A stretch of 64,000 nt of DNA, from contig KZ538489.1 of NCBI GenBank assembly GCA_000934665.2, positions 1 to 64,000 of the forward strand, written 5' to 3'. This document shows positions 12,001-23,648 of this stretch, one piece after another (position 1 is the stretch's first letter; each line of letters opens with the position of its first letter). This DNA comes from Catajapyx aquilonaris (taxonomy: Eukaryota). Both the position numbers and the translations under genes were made by a program. The notes under the pieces are model-generated. The model was given only the letters and a program-made list of their open reading frames with translations. It was not told the origin of the DNA and ran no database searches.

Positions 12001-15000
12001 GTGCAGTGCATCTGACGTGTGGCCATTTTTAGTGAGCTCCCCCGGGTGGTTTAGTCTGTAGGAAATACCACCCGAGACGAAGCCAGAGGTGACCGACCTC
12101 TGCACGAGATGAAGGGGGTGTCCCCGGGTTGGGATCGAACCCGGGACCTTAACATCCGTGGGCACGTTACCGCGGCGTCACTCCGTCTCCCCACGAAGCT
12201 CTATATATATATATAGCAAGGTTGGTTTGGCACATTTAACACATTTGACATGAAAGGGCTAAGGTTATGATGGATGATAGATGATAGTTAAGCCTAATTC
12301 TCACGCTGACCCTAATGTAAATTGCAAGGGGTGTCCTTTATTGCGATAATCACAAGTTTCAAATTGCATGAAAACTAGAGCTTGGAGAGGAAAACCGATT
12401 TCAGATTTGAAATCAGAGTTGAAAAAATACTTAGAATCAGTTGAAAAATCTCATGCAGCGGATTTTCTTTTTTTTTTGTTGACCAGTGTAATAGCTCAGT
12501 TCTGATACACAAGGTACACTACAGTATATTGCTGTGTAATGCACCAGCGAACATGACATTATTTTCAGACTTGATTTTAATGCCTGGTTGCACCAACAAA
12601 ATTACCGGTCTGATAGCTCCTAACGGACCGATAGCACATGTTAAAAGGTCTACCTATCTGTCCATTAGGAGCTATCGGACCGGTAATTTTGTTGGTGCAA
12701 CCAGGCATAAGACTTTCCATTATGCAGATATAACTTCTGAGGGTGGATTCCCAAGCAACAGAGAACAAGGTGTGCAATGCAAGTCAGTCACAACTTGCAT
12801 TCACCACAATTCCCAAAGGTGGGCAGTGGCTCATGACCAGCTCAGAGTTGCATCAGCCATTGCACATGTTTGGGAGGAGGTGCAAGACAGTTGCATTCCT
12901 GTGCTGTTCAAAAGTTGGCTGCGTTTCTCCATTGGGTGAGTATGACAAGTGGAATTGGATCCCTCCTGAACATTCGAGGAATACTGTCTACTCTACTGTC
13001 ATTTTTGATGGGCATCCATCATGTGCTAGTAGGTTGCATCCCTTTCTGGCTTCAGTTGCATTATTTGAAATGCATGTGCAAGTGAGTTGTAATAATATGT
13101 TCACCAAAATACATCATGCAAATTTGACTTGCAGGATGCATTATTGCACCCGTTTGTGAATCCACCCTCTGGCTCTCCGGTGCCTGAAGTTTTCTTGTAA
13201 AATTAAGTGTCATTTCTTACCATTATAAGGAAATACCCATAGCTATATCCTCCTGAGACCCGAGAAGAATTTTTAACGCAATGTCAGTTCCTATTGCATT
13301 TTCTGAACATTTTCCCAATAAGAAACGAGAAATTTTTTTTAGTTTTAAAATATCGACAAAAATAGTGACAAACAACCAATGAGAACATTAGGACCCAATT
13401 GCTGCTACAAAAGCAGAACGGATGAAAGCTGAAAATTTAAATGCCACTTAATGGATCACTAACATAGTGCTCTATCCTCAAAACAATGTTTTTTAAAATT
13501 CATTTGTGGAGTTCATGGTCCTATTGACACATGAACGTGTGGCTGAGGCTAGGGTTGTTTGTTTGGATAGGTGTAAATGGCGTAGGTTAATTAATGGGTA
13601 AATAGGTGAATAGGTCTGAGGATAAGGCTTCCTTTGCTCCGGCGAGGTCGATGAGGTGCAAGGGTGGTGCCATACACGTCGGCGTGGCCAGGGCATCCGG
13701 AGTAGTGGCTGGTGGCGAGGGGGCTTGATTTGGCGAAGTAACGTATTGCATAGTGTAATATTTAAATTTAATATTCAGTGTCTGTCGTCTGAAATGGGCA
13801 GGGGTGGGGTGTGGGACGGGTAGTTTATAGTTTTATTTTCAAAAGTTTTAATTTAGTTCATATGTTGGGTTAACTTGCATCTCCCTTCATAGCTGACTAC
13901 CCCTCATAGGGAAATGTCGTGATGTTGTTGTTGTTGTTTGTTTGTGGTAGCAATTCCTCTCAGAAGACAATATTAAAGATAAATGAAATTATTTTTGAAT
14001 GCCACCACTCCAGGCATGGGGCTTGCTCCTTCCCTTCTTACCCCCTAGCATGGTACCTCACTATTCTAGATTTTAAAACTGAACTGTATAATGCAAAGCA
14101 CACTTCCTTATGGGTGTACACTGTACAGGTACAGGCACTTAAAGAAAAGCCACAGCCCATTCAGCTAAAAATAATAATTTCGGATATCCATTTATTTAAA
14201 GGGGCATTTGGTCTCAGGAAGAAAAGAAAATGACCAGTTCTCTACCAGCAACAAAGATTGTCACAGACACATCTTTTCGTATTTCCTAATACACATTCCT
14301 TGTGAATCCCAGGACATTCACTGCATTGCGAAATTTCACACTCTAAATATGAGTTAAAAAATCTCACTTATCAGATGAGCGCCTAGCTTTCTTTTTTTTA
14401 AAAAAAATTACCCCATTGGGATTTACCATATCCTTTAGGGGGGTGGATTACCACCATTGGAAATTGGAGCCATATAAGAAGATCTTATTTAATTACTCCA
14501 GGGTAGGTAGGAGGGGATGTGCAAAGTGCAAGTGCAATGTCTCTAACGGTCATTTTGTGAACTCCCCCGGGTGGCTTAGTCTATCGGAAATTGCCACCCG
14601 AAATGAAGCCAGAGATGGCCCAACTCTGCACGGATAAAGGTGGGAAACCCGGGTGGGGATCAAACCCGGGACCTTAATATCCGTGGGCGCGAGCGTTACC
14701 GCTTCGCCACTTCACCTCCCCGATGAGCGCCTAGCTTCAGCAGCGGAATCCGCCATTTTCATAGGTGATTTAATTTCCACAGCCAAAGTCAGATATTCGA
14801 CACTAGGTGGCTACACCTGTTGAGGCCAGATTGTAATCATGGGATACCAACAGATTACAGTTCTGTTGGCATCACTAGTTGGCGCAATTTTTTTTTTTAG
14901 CTGATGTCGACATATGTCGACATATGTCGACACCAGGTGTCAGGAGGTTATGATATGGACAGGTAGATGTATGAGATATATACATTGAATAGGGGGAAGG

Positions 15001-15975
15001 CATGGTGCCGAGATGGTAACGTCTCGGCTTGCTGTGAGGAAGGTCCCGGGTTCAATCCCCGCTTGGGAGTTCCCTTCCGCCTGCGTCAGTGGGTCTCTGG
15101 CCCACGCTTAAGAAGGCGTCTTGGCAACCTAGCCTGCTGGGGGACTGCACATGACCCATTTCTGACATTGCACTTGCACCTGTGTACCCTCCCCAAAAAT
15201 CCCTATCCTTACCCCACTTCCTTGCTTCCCTGCACGGAGAATGAAGAAAAAGTATAAAAATACTAGAAACTGATGGTGGTATGGCGAGATTGGCTCTCTC
15301 CACTTGGGCCGTTCCCACGGAAAATGTTCTAGGGGCTGCTATTACGAGGGCTAGTTGGAAAATAAGTTTCACGATATGCTACAGTTTCAATGCCATGTAA
15401 CGGACAGGGTAATGACGAGCATGAGCAGATATGTTGCTCCTTCTTCTATTTTATAGGATGGGTACGCACCTTCTGCGTGGCAGCTGTCGGATGAGACCAA
15501 GTGGCAAGCTGAGCGTGCCCGCCCACATTCCGCCAGGAAAAGTCATGCCAGACAGACAGTGTGATCACATGGACCGATAAAGATGTTAGGACAATTGAGA
15601 ACATTGTCGGTAATTGCTGTGGCCGGTAGTTCGGGTCTCTGGTTTTCCTTTACACTCGCGAGCTTATTCTGAAATTGCTGGCACCATATCGCTGCACAAC
15701 CGAAGCAGGTTGGTGTAGGGGTTAAGGAGCCAGACTGCTAATCGGGAGGTCCTGGGATCAAATCCCGGGGCCGGCAACTCTGACCGTGGTTTTCTGTGGT
15801 TTCCCCCGGTCCTTCCAGGAAAATTCCGGAGTTGCTTCCGTAATTAATAGGCCACAGTCGCTTCCTTCCGTCCCTATCCTATCCCAAAGAGCACAGTAAA
15901 ATGAAAAGCAAAGAGTTCCAGGCAAAACAAACTTCCCCCCTAAAGAGCCGAAAAATGGCTGATAACGGGGTATGA

Positions 15976-16041
<66 letters not shown>

Positions 16042-17408
16042 ATTATTATTATTATTATTATATCGCTGCACCATTTGCTCACACGTGACATCTCCTGACC
16101 ATACACTCCACTAGCCAGTGATCTGAGCGATGAATGTCATATGTCAGTCACTGGTTGTGAAAATCTGCCCTCACTTCCACCATGACACATTACCTCCGTT
16201 TAAACTAGACATTTAAAAAAATTTTAAGGGACATTTCATGTTTTCATAATTCATCAGAGGGACTGGGCAATCATATAGAATTCTCTTGGATTTTGCGCAA
16301 GGTGGAAGCCGCCTTTAAAAAACTGCGTAAATGTCGCAATAGGATGACATCACCTTCTCGTGCATAGCATATGAGGCGGTACAGTGCTGGCCATATATCG
16401 AGGCAACCACCAGCAACACTTTTCCAAAGCAGCAGAAGAAGGAATCTTGCTCGCCCGGCTTGTAGCATGCTTATCTTCGATTCCTTCTTCTGCCGCTTCG
16501 GAAAAATGTCGCTGGCGGTTGCCTCGATATATGGCCAGCACTGTACATGGCTCTCTCAAGATGCAACTCAGGTTTGTAGGTCCCCAACACTTAATAATAA
16601 TAATAATAATTCATACCCCGTTATCAGCCGGCGGCTCTTTATGGGGGATTTTTTTTTTTTGGACTGGAACTCTTCGTTTCGTTTTTACTGCGCTTTTTGG
16701 GATAGGATAGGAAAGGAAGGAGGTGGCTGTGGCCTATTAGTTTAGGAAGCAACTCCGGAATTCTCCTGGAGAACCGTGGGAAACCACAGAAAACCACAGT
16801 TATAGTTGCCGGCACCCGGGTTCGAATCCAGGACCTCCCGATTAGCAGTCGGATACCATATATCCCCTCTGCCACCACTGCTTCGGTAGGTCTCTGACAC
16901 TTCAGCTTTCTCTTGTGTATGAATCGAGAGCGAAACCAATTGTCCAGTGACTTTCACCTAGGGCGCTATTTTTATACCCCCACCCAAAATGTGCAGAATC
17001 CAGAGCCGAATTTACCTCCCCCAGCTGCCCTTAGGCACTTGAGANNNNNNNNNNNNNNCCCCCGCCCTGGCCTGAAGCTTAAAAATTCAAATTTTTTCTT
17101 GTGTTCTCTCCTTCATTAAATGTTATTTTATTTTTAAAATATTATATGGAAAGTTATGGCCAGCCTTCGGCAATTACCTTTTCTGCCTGGAGTGGCAAAT
17201 CAAGCTCTCAAAAATGTGTTTTTCTTTGTGATCTCGCCATCATTTCCTATTATTGTATTTGAGAAATATTATTGATTGCAACTCGCAGCCGCCCCTAAGC
17301 CAGTGCATACTGTGCCTAATGGGAAATCAGATGCTGGCAGAATCCAGTGGGAAACAAAGGGTTAATTCGTATCACTCCAATTATTTGCCACAAGAAACAA
17401 CAACAACA

Positions 17409-17471
<63 letters not shown>

Positions 17472-20400
17472 CTGGGGTAATGTGCTTTCGCCCCCACATG
17501 GGGGCATATCGCATGGACCTTTATTTATTGAGGTAGGGGAGACCGGGGCACAGTGGACCACTTTTGCACATTTTAATTTTTATATACCTACCTGTTATAC
17601 CTACACACCCAATATTTTCAGGCATGGTGGAGATACTCCTTGGTAATATAAGTCACTACTATATTCACAGGCAGTGCCATCCTTTTGGCTTTAAAAAAAA
17701 TTAGAAGCGACCCCCTGCAAATGGTCCACTGTACCCCGATAGGTGGGGCACAGTGGTCCGGAAGTGATTGGGACCCCTAATTCACACAAGAAGTTTATTA
17801 TCATTGCCTAACATTTTTTTACAGCTGTTCATTTTGAGGACTGTGTCAACATCACAGTTTTGCCCCTTTTTTCTACCAATTTGACATTTTAAAAATCATT
17901 GTCTCACATTTTTTTTTACAGCTGCTCATTTGGAGGGTGGTTTGTCAAAATCAGAGTTTTGCTCTTTTTTCTACCTAATTCACATTTTTTAAAGAATTGT
18001 CTCACATTTGTTTTACAGCTGTTCATTTCGGGACACAGGGTGCATTTCGGGGCACAGTGGTACATGGACCACTGTGCCCCGCAAACGACTGGACCACTGT
18101 GCCCCGGACAGCAGCAACTGACATAATGCTATGATTGTAACTTCGAATGCAAGTTAGGATTACCAAACTTCCGGTAATTCATGGGCAAAGGGCGGCACTA
18201 TTCCACAAGATTTTTATATCAGGCTCATGCCCAACATCTACGCCTGAAGTGGCATTTAAACTGTGGGTTAGTAATTTACTTCACTTATCTTCAAATCGAT
18301 TTCGCTGGATATCTATCGATTGATCGATCGCTAGCCGTTGCCAGCCATGTTGGCAGGAGCATGGCAGTGACTTCTTTCCCGAGGTACCAGATGAAAAAAA
18401 TTTGGCGGCTTTTTCGATTTTTAAAATGGAAAGGTCCACTGTGCCCCGTGGTCCACTGTGCCCCAGTCTCCCCTACATTTGGTGCCTATTAATTTGAAAC
18501 GCCCGGGCCCATGGGCAGGATGACAGGAGGGGATGTGCAAGGTGCAATGCATCTGACGCTGTGGCCATTTTTAGTGAACTCCCCCGGGTGATTTAGTCTG
18601 TTGGAAATACCACCCGAGACGAAGCCAGAGGTGACCCTGAACTCTGCACGAGATGAAGGGGGCGACCCCGGGTTGGGATCGAACCCGGGACCTTAACATA
18701 TGTGGGCGCGTACGTTACCGCAGCACCACCCACTCTTGTCTTAACTAAGGCGTGGGGACGGACATTGATCACTTTTCACTTCGAGTGTAAACTGATCTAA
18801 CCTAACCTAACCTAACCTTACCTAACCTATCCTACCTAACCTACCCTACCCTAAGTAACCTAGGCTGAGAAAAATGGACTTTTGTGAAAACCTACAAATG
18901 AAAATAGTGGGGACATGTCCCCACTAATTTACACATGTCCCCACTGTAATGGTACACTTCGCGTGTGTGAGCCTGTGGGGACCGACAAATGTCCCCACAA
19001 TTGGAAGTGGTCCCCACAGCTACAGTAAAACCACACACTTCCGTCCCCAGACCTTAGTCAAGACCTGATCACTTCGCCTCCCCTCAAGAAACAATAATAT
19101 AATGTGCGCACCACACATGACAAGACACTCAGAAAATGAAACCTGCTCTACCTGATAATTCGTGTAAGAGTGGAATGTAATGCATGGGATAGCTCAGCAT
19201 GAAGTGAATTTGAATTTTAAAAACTTGTAACCAAATCCCTGAGTCATTTGAGATCTACAACCAAATATATGGATTGCATCTTAAAATAATCACAATTTAA
19301 TTGACACTTGCATCACTCTGGATCTGTACTATGTATTGTAATTTTATCAAATGTAGAAGGGGTTTTAATTATTACTTCACCTAACCCATTGTCACCCCAT
19401 CTATCGTATTAAAATCCTTGCGATCTATGTATAAGCCCTCTGATTGGTCCGCCCCCATATTGTTGTTATCGCCACGTTCCGATTGGCCCGCGTTCATTGT
19501 TGCCTGGACGTATTGTTCCCATGACACCGCCAATTGGCTCCGTTCCGAGCATGCGCAATGGGTGGAAGAACGCCACAGTCACTTGCTGGACGTCAACGAA
19601 GACACATCTCCTCTCCCGTGAAGACCTCTCCACCCTTCCACCATCCTCCACCCAAGTCTTCACGGTGACCTCACAATAGAGGAGGGGGAGAGGAGGGGGG
19701 AATGGAACCGAACCGAATATTGGCCAATTGGGGCCATTGGGGATGTTGTTTATCAGTGGTGCCAACTCCATGGATGTTTATAAGCAAAATAAAATCCAGT
19801 CTTTTAAACAAGGTCCTTACTGGCACCCCCCGTGGGAAGAGTTGGTAAGCAGTATTGGCCACGATATTCAACACTGAAGCCGGGGATAGGCCAAGAACGC
19901 CAAAAGAAAGTGGTGGGAAGAATGAAGCCAGTTTTTGATCATCTAATACAAACACTGCCAAGTTCCATTCTGACTGTTTATAATAAAGGGAAGTTATGAG
20001 AAGTCAGAAAAACGTGGTCGGAAAGTGTGCATATAATTACATGTGTATGCGAGTAGAGGCAGTCGAGGTTGTGAATTTTTGTTCATACAAAATTTGGGGT
20101 TTTTTAAAATTCAAAAGGTATTGGTATGTTGAAGTGGGCAAATGCATATTTCCCAGCCAATGCAAAGGTGGGATTGCAGATTGGTTTCAGGGTAGGGAAT
20201 TGGCGAATAGGTGATTGAAATTATGGTGGATTGGTGGACATTGTAGGCCGCAGGCCTATAAAAAAGTGACCGTAACGAGGGTTTTTCTAATTTCCTTATA
20301 AAATAGTATGTATCTACTGATCTACTCCTTACCTTTTTGTTAGGAAGTAATATGTCATCAGTTCAGTCTCTGAAAAACTTTTTTATTTACTGCAGAGAGT

Positions 20401-20726
20401 GTTATTGTTGATTGTTATTGACTGTCATACAACTAATATATTTAATGTACCTTTCTTTGGTGGAAAGTGCAGGATGTTGTGGAGAGGTGGGCAGGATTCG
20501 TGCGCCAGATTAGCTTGGACCAGTTGGGACGTGCACCACAGTTCCGCCTCTCTGGGCATGTCTCCGCTTCATTTCCATATATGCAGCTCCCCCTGGACTA
20601 TGTATTGCCAGAGTTGATGAAGAATGCAGCTAGGGCCACATTAGATGCACATCCTGATCTTCCTGATCACCAGATGCCACCTGTTGCTATCACCATTGCC
20701 AACAACAATGTTGACTTCATAGTCAA
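6047..20726 (+). CDS. BCKDK: Branched-chain alpha-ketoacid dehydrogenase kinase (PDK/BCKDK family), 3'-incomplete
   Basis: Exons 6047-6280, 9273-9731 and 20473-20726 (phases 0, 0, ending in 2). Motifs [67 protein letters not shown] and PLDYVLPELMKNAARAT (N-box) are characteristic of BCKDK. The N-terminus is Arg/Ser/Thr-rich like a mitochondrial presequence. G1/G2-box exons not found. Confidence 0.92.
6741..8443 (-). mobile_element. Decayed mariner element
   Basis: TIRs CGAGGTGTGGTCGAAAAGTTCTGGGATTTT / AAAATCCCGGAACTTTTCGATCACACCTCG with TA TSD. Minus-strand FCFQLNKTSDATHRMLNKAFDEQGVRQAITYEWLNSFKGG resembles the mariner transposase N-terminal HTH. Confidence 0.85.
7788..8070 (+). mobile_element. 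5'-truncated SINE (family B) inside the mariner
   Basis: Body matches the copies at 14992 and 50536; poly(A) tail; TSD TGCTGCGAAC. Confidence 0.75.
8925..9188. mobile_element. One end of a DNA transposon (hAT-like) with GAACC/CTCCG subterminal repeats
   Basis: Ends ...GGTTCGGTTCGGTTCACAACCCTG; dense short subrepeats; partner TIR not seen. Confidence 0.45.
10179..11035. mobile_element. Foldback (long inverted repeat) non-autonomous element, ~850 bp
   Basis: Arm ~10179-10590 is the reverse complement of ~10625-11035 (e.g. GGTCGGACACCTCCGATTTGGTTGAAAC / GTTTCAACCAAATCCGAGGTGTCCGACC); the ORF track shows mirror ORFs on both strands. Confidence 0.9.
11041..11606. mobile_element. Tigger-like MITE
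   Basis: TACGATATTACCTCTCATAAAGCCGCATGCCGG ... CCGGCATGCCGTTTTATGATAGGTAATACGGTA imperfect TIRs; CCGGCATGC subrepeats. Confidence 0.6.
11858..12191 (-). mobile_element. tRNA-derived SINE, family A, with (ATT)n tail
   Basis: B box GGTTCGATCCC on the minus strand; body matches the 49554 copy; TSD CACGAAGCTCTATA (11844-11857 / 12192-12205). Confidence 0.9.
12581..12707. mobile_element. PIF/Harbinger-type palindromic MITE
   Basis: TGCCTGGTTGCACCAACAAAATTACCGGTC ... GACCGGTAATTTTGTTGGTGCAACCAGGCA, flanked by TAA on both sides. Confidence 0.8.
12737..13171. mobile_element. MITE-like element
   Basis: Imperfect TIRs CTGAGGGTGGATTCCCAAGC / GTTTGTGAATCCACCCTCTG. Confidence 0.55.
13560..13740 (-). 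mobile_element. Decayed retroelement RNase H fragment
   Basis: Minus strand reads CPGHADVYGTTLA, resembling the W-x-P-G-H-x-G-I-x-G-N-E-x-A-D RNase H motif of non-LTR retrotransposons. Confidence 0.45.
14390..14721 (-). mobile_element. tRNA-derived SINE, family A head with type-2 tail
   Basis: A/B-box head on the minus strand, A-rich tail, 16-bp TSD GATGAGCGCCTAGCTT (14374-14389 / 14722-14737). Confidence 0.9.
14992..15290 (+). mobile_element. tRNA-derived SINE, family B
   Basis: GGCATGGTGCCGAGATGG ... GGTTCAATCCC head; body matches 50536-50876. Confidence 0.8.
15700..16060 (+). mobile_element. tRNA(Ser)-like SINE, family D, with long (ATT)n tail
   Basis: Head with GACTGCTAATC loop and B-box-like GGATCAAATCCC; core GGTTTTCTGTGGTTTCCC...TAGGCCACAGTCGCTTCCTTCC; TSD ATATCGCTGCAC. 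Confidence 0.85.
16382..16543. mobile_element. Tc1/mariner-type palindromic MITE
   Basis: TA|CAGTGCTGGCCATATATCGAGGCAACC ... GGTTGCCTCGATATATGGCCAGCACTG|TA. Confidence 0.85.
16593..16885 (-). mobile_element. SINE family D, inverted copy
   Basis: Reverse complement of 15700-15990, including the (ATT)n tail. Confidence 0.85.
17001..17336. mobile_element. hAT-like MITE containing an N gap
   Basis: 8-bp TSD GCAGAATC on both sides; internal sequence matches 40425-40712. Confidence 0.75.
17536..18473. mobile_element. Tc1/pogo-type MITE
   Basis: TA|GGGGAGACCGGGGCACAGTGGACCA ... TGGTCCACTGTGCCCCAGTCTCCCC|TA; internal GGGGCACAGTGG subrepeats. Confidence 0.85.
18735..19067. mobile_element. Non-autonomous TIR element with a (CCTAA)n-like tract
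   Basis: TIRs GTCTTAACTAAGGCGTGGGGACGGA / TCCGTCCCCAGACCTTAGTCAAGAC; degenerate CCTAA array at ~18798-18863; GTGGGGAC/GTCCCCAC subrepeats. Confidence 0.65.
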
Positions 20727-20957
20727 GTGAGTTTGCTTATTCTCAATTATATGTTTCTAATACCTATAGTTTCTAAGAGTCAGTTGCACTACACTCACAT
20801 GCACATGATGTCATTTGGCTGCAAAAGTTAGGGGAAAGAGGATTTCATTGATATTAATTGCTATTGAAAACAATGGAATTTCTTGTTACTTTTTCTGGTT
20901 TCTTTTCCAGCCAAAAAGACCCTCATATTTAAGTTCAACCTCCTAAAAATGTCTATT

Positions 20958-21478
20958 TAATAATCATCATCATAATCATAATCATAATCATAATCCGGGT
21001 AGTGGTTACCTTCGACGACCTGCAATGCAATGGGGGAGGAGGCCCCCCCCCNCCAAACCACAATAGAGACCTCAAGCAAGTCTAGGCTCAGAATGTCTTG
21101 ATTCGTCTCTCCCCCAGCCTGTCTGGGCATGGGGGTAACCACTGCACTGGGTTGCTACATGTCACCAGCTGTGACAATGTAGCACAGACCTTCATTACAC
21201 CTCTGATAGTGTGGTACACAACTGGAACCTTTAGCGAAGCACCCCGGCCAACAGGCAGGGTGACTGGGAAGGGATGTGCAATGTGCAGTGCAATGTCATT
21301 GCTTGGTCATTTAGTGAACTCCCCTAGGTGGTTAGTCTCAAGGAATCCCACCCCAGACGAAGCCAGAGACAATCCAACTCTGCACGAGATGAAGGGGGGA
21401 ATGCCCGGGATTGGGATCGAACTCGGGACCCTTACATTCGTGGGCGCATACGTTACCGGAGCACCACTCCGCCTCCCC
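20958..21478 (-). mobile_element. SINE family A with an extended 3' region and (GATTAT)n tail
   Basis: Head and core match the 49554 copy; about 200 extra bases precede CACTACCCGG(ATTATG)n. Confidence 0.75.
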
Positions 21479-21547
21479 TAAAAATGTATATTTGTTTCCT
21501 TGAGAAAACTTAAAACCAGCATCAGTAACAATTGAAACTTTTAAAGC

Positions 21548-21740
21548 AAGGGTTTCCAACCTGTGGGTTACAACCCCCAAGGGGGTCACAAAGGGTTTTC
21601 TGGGGGGTTGCCAAGGTTGTTTTTACATTAACAAATACTCAGCCGCGAATAAGTATGTTATGAAGATATGAAATTATTTTGCTTCCTTACCCTATAAAAA
21701 TGCATTTTTACACAAATGCAGGGGAGGGGGGTCGCAGGTT
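21548..21740. mobile_element. Left part of a hAT (Charlie-like) MITE; right end missing
   Basis: AAGGGTTTCCAACCTGTGGGTTACAACCCCCAAGGGGGTCAC ... GGGGTCGC; no closing TIR seen after 22115. Confidence 0.5.
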
Positions 21741-21741
21741 A

Positions 21742-22115
21742 GGGGTCGTCCATATACCACGTGACTGTTTTGGGGGGAGGGNNNNNNNNNNNGAGTCGGC
21801 GAAAATTCGCGTGGTATCTCCGAACACAGTGAATTGGCACATATGGGAGCTTTTGCAGATGCACATGGGTTAAAAATAACCTAAAATTCGAAATCAGCGA
21901 CCCCGAAAACATGGGGAGACATGTTTTTTACGTGCTTAAACAGTTTAGTTGAGGAGCTATCAATTTCGATCGCGTTTTTTCTGATAACATTAACATATTT
22001 AAAAAACACGTGAAAAGGGGGGAGGGGGGTTCCAATGGATACCACGGTCGGTCACTGGGGGAAGGGGGGGTCAAAAAGTGGCAAAAAATCGGTCACGTGG
22101 TATTTGGACGACCCC
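21742..22115. mobile_element. Harbinger-type MITE spanning the N gap at 21782-21792
   Basis: GGGGTCGTCCATATACCACGTGAC ... GTCACGTGGTATTTGGACGACCCC TIRs; flanks TTA (left) and TAA (right). Confidence 0.75.
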
Positions 22116-22888
22116 TAAATCGCAGTAGGTTGTACGTAACGATGCCGGGTGGTACGTAACGGGTGGATATTTCAAATGTTTTCACGTTCAAAATGAGAAT
22201 TCTCCCAATCTAATGGCATGATGAGGTTCCTCGCACCCTACTGCCCCACATGCACTTGAGCTTCGAAACCTGTGCTGTCAAACATCGCAGAGTTTCCCCC
22301 TAGTTGCATATACCCCAGAAACTGGTGTCCAATGACGGATGGTACGTAACGAGATTTCAGACAATCGCACACGCGTGGATGGCCATCGAATGAAATTTCC
22401 ATGATGTCCCTCACCTTCACATTTCTGCGCTGCATCTGATTTTCATAACAGTTAATCTATTACGGCAAGTACCTAGCCGCGGTGGACTCCTAAACACCTC
22501 AACACAGCTTCCGATTGTCTGTACGTAACGCGTGGAATTGCCCTGCTTATAACATTTGTCTAATAAAAAGTCAGTTTTAACATGCAAAAATATTTTAAAT
22601 CCGTCATTAGTTATGACACAAAAATTATTATCTTGTAAAATTTGTGACGAAATGTTGCTCTATTACAGTGTGTCAATACACCTAGTCAGAGAATGCAAGA
22701 AATACATTATGGTTGGAAAACAACGACTTTCATTACCATACTCAATTTGATCCTATACCGAATATTGGCCCATATAAAATGATAGCCCAGTTCTAAGTTA
22801 AGGTGAGGCAACAAGCCTGAGGGGATATGAACATCAGCCACATTTACACTTATGTGAATGTGAACTCTATTCTGCAACACGTGATATA

Positions 22889-23648
22889 CGAGGGCTGTTC
22901 AAAAACCAAACGAACTTTTCCTATACAGACTCGATTGCTCAATTTGCAACATTTTAAGCACTGTCCCCTTCAAAGTAGTTCCCTCTACTGGCAATAGATA
23001 GTTTTCAATTTTTTCTTCCATTGTTGGAATGCTTCCTGGAACGCACTTTCTGTGATGGCGCACAGTGCTCTTGTCGCATTGTCCTGAATCGCCTCTATGG
23101 TTTGGAAATGACGTCATTTCAAATTGGAGCCAGGATAGTTTGTTACTCATTGTTGTCAACAATGAATAACGTACTATCCTGGCTCTTTTTCGGCCGGATA
23201 AATTTTATGGAAGCTGGTGCTACCCGGCCTAAGTTTTGAATATAGCAAAACGTCTGCTGGGGCAAAGTCAGGAGAATAGGGTAGATTGGCACAATGGATG
23301 TCAGATGTTTTGCCAGATAACTGATGACGAGGAGCGATGTCTGAGCCGGTGCAATGCCGTGGCGCAATATCCAAGTCTGGCTTTCCCACAATTGAGGCCT
23401 TTCCTGCGCACATCATCCCTCAAACGCACTAACACATTCTGGTACTGTTTGTCTGCCAATCTGACAAAATGGTCCAAATTCATAAAGAAAAATGACTTTC
23501 CAATCCAAAAACACAACCAACATCACCTTGACCTTTGACCGACTGATCTGTGCCTCTTTTGGTCCAGGAGACCCTTCCCAAGTATGCTTGGTAAAGCAAG
23601 CTCTCTCATTTTCACTTTCTCACTAATTCGACGAACGGCTTGTCGAAG
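22889..23648 (-). mobile_element. Decayed mariner, same family as 58095-58994
   Basis: TA|CGAGGGCTGTTCAAAAA terminus; minus strand gives [16 protein letters not shown] and PYSPDFAPAD, degenerate forms of the mariner HDNAPAH and YSPDLAPSD motifs. Confidence 0.85.

Larger units (their letters stand above)
17400..19083 (-). mobile_element. SINE family A interrupted by two DNA-transposon insertions
   Basis: Tail at 17400-17533, body at 18476-18734, 5' tip at 19068-19083; TSD CAAGAAACAA at 17391 and 19085. Confidence 0.75.

Noticed and set aside
15879..17561. Poly-Ile and poly-Tyr ORFs
   Set aside because: Translations of (ATT)n/(AAT)n SINE tails.
17536..18473. CRISPR-like array from recurring GGGGCACAGTGG / CCACTGTGCCCC motifs
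   Set aside because: Mixed orientation, irregular spacing, inside MITE TIRs, eukaryotic context and no cas genes.
18798..18863. True telomere or chromosome-fusion scar
   Set aside because: Short, degenerate and enclosed in a TIR element.
19400..20300. Helitron (TC-like start, possible 3' hairpin)
   Set aside because: No convincing CTAG terminus or second copy in the window.
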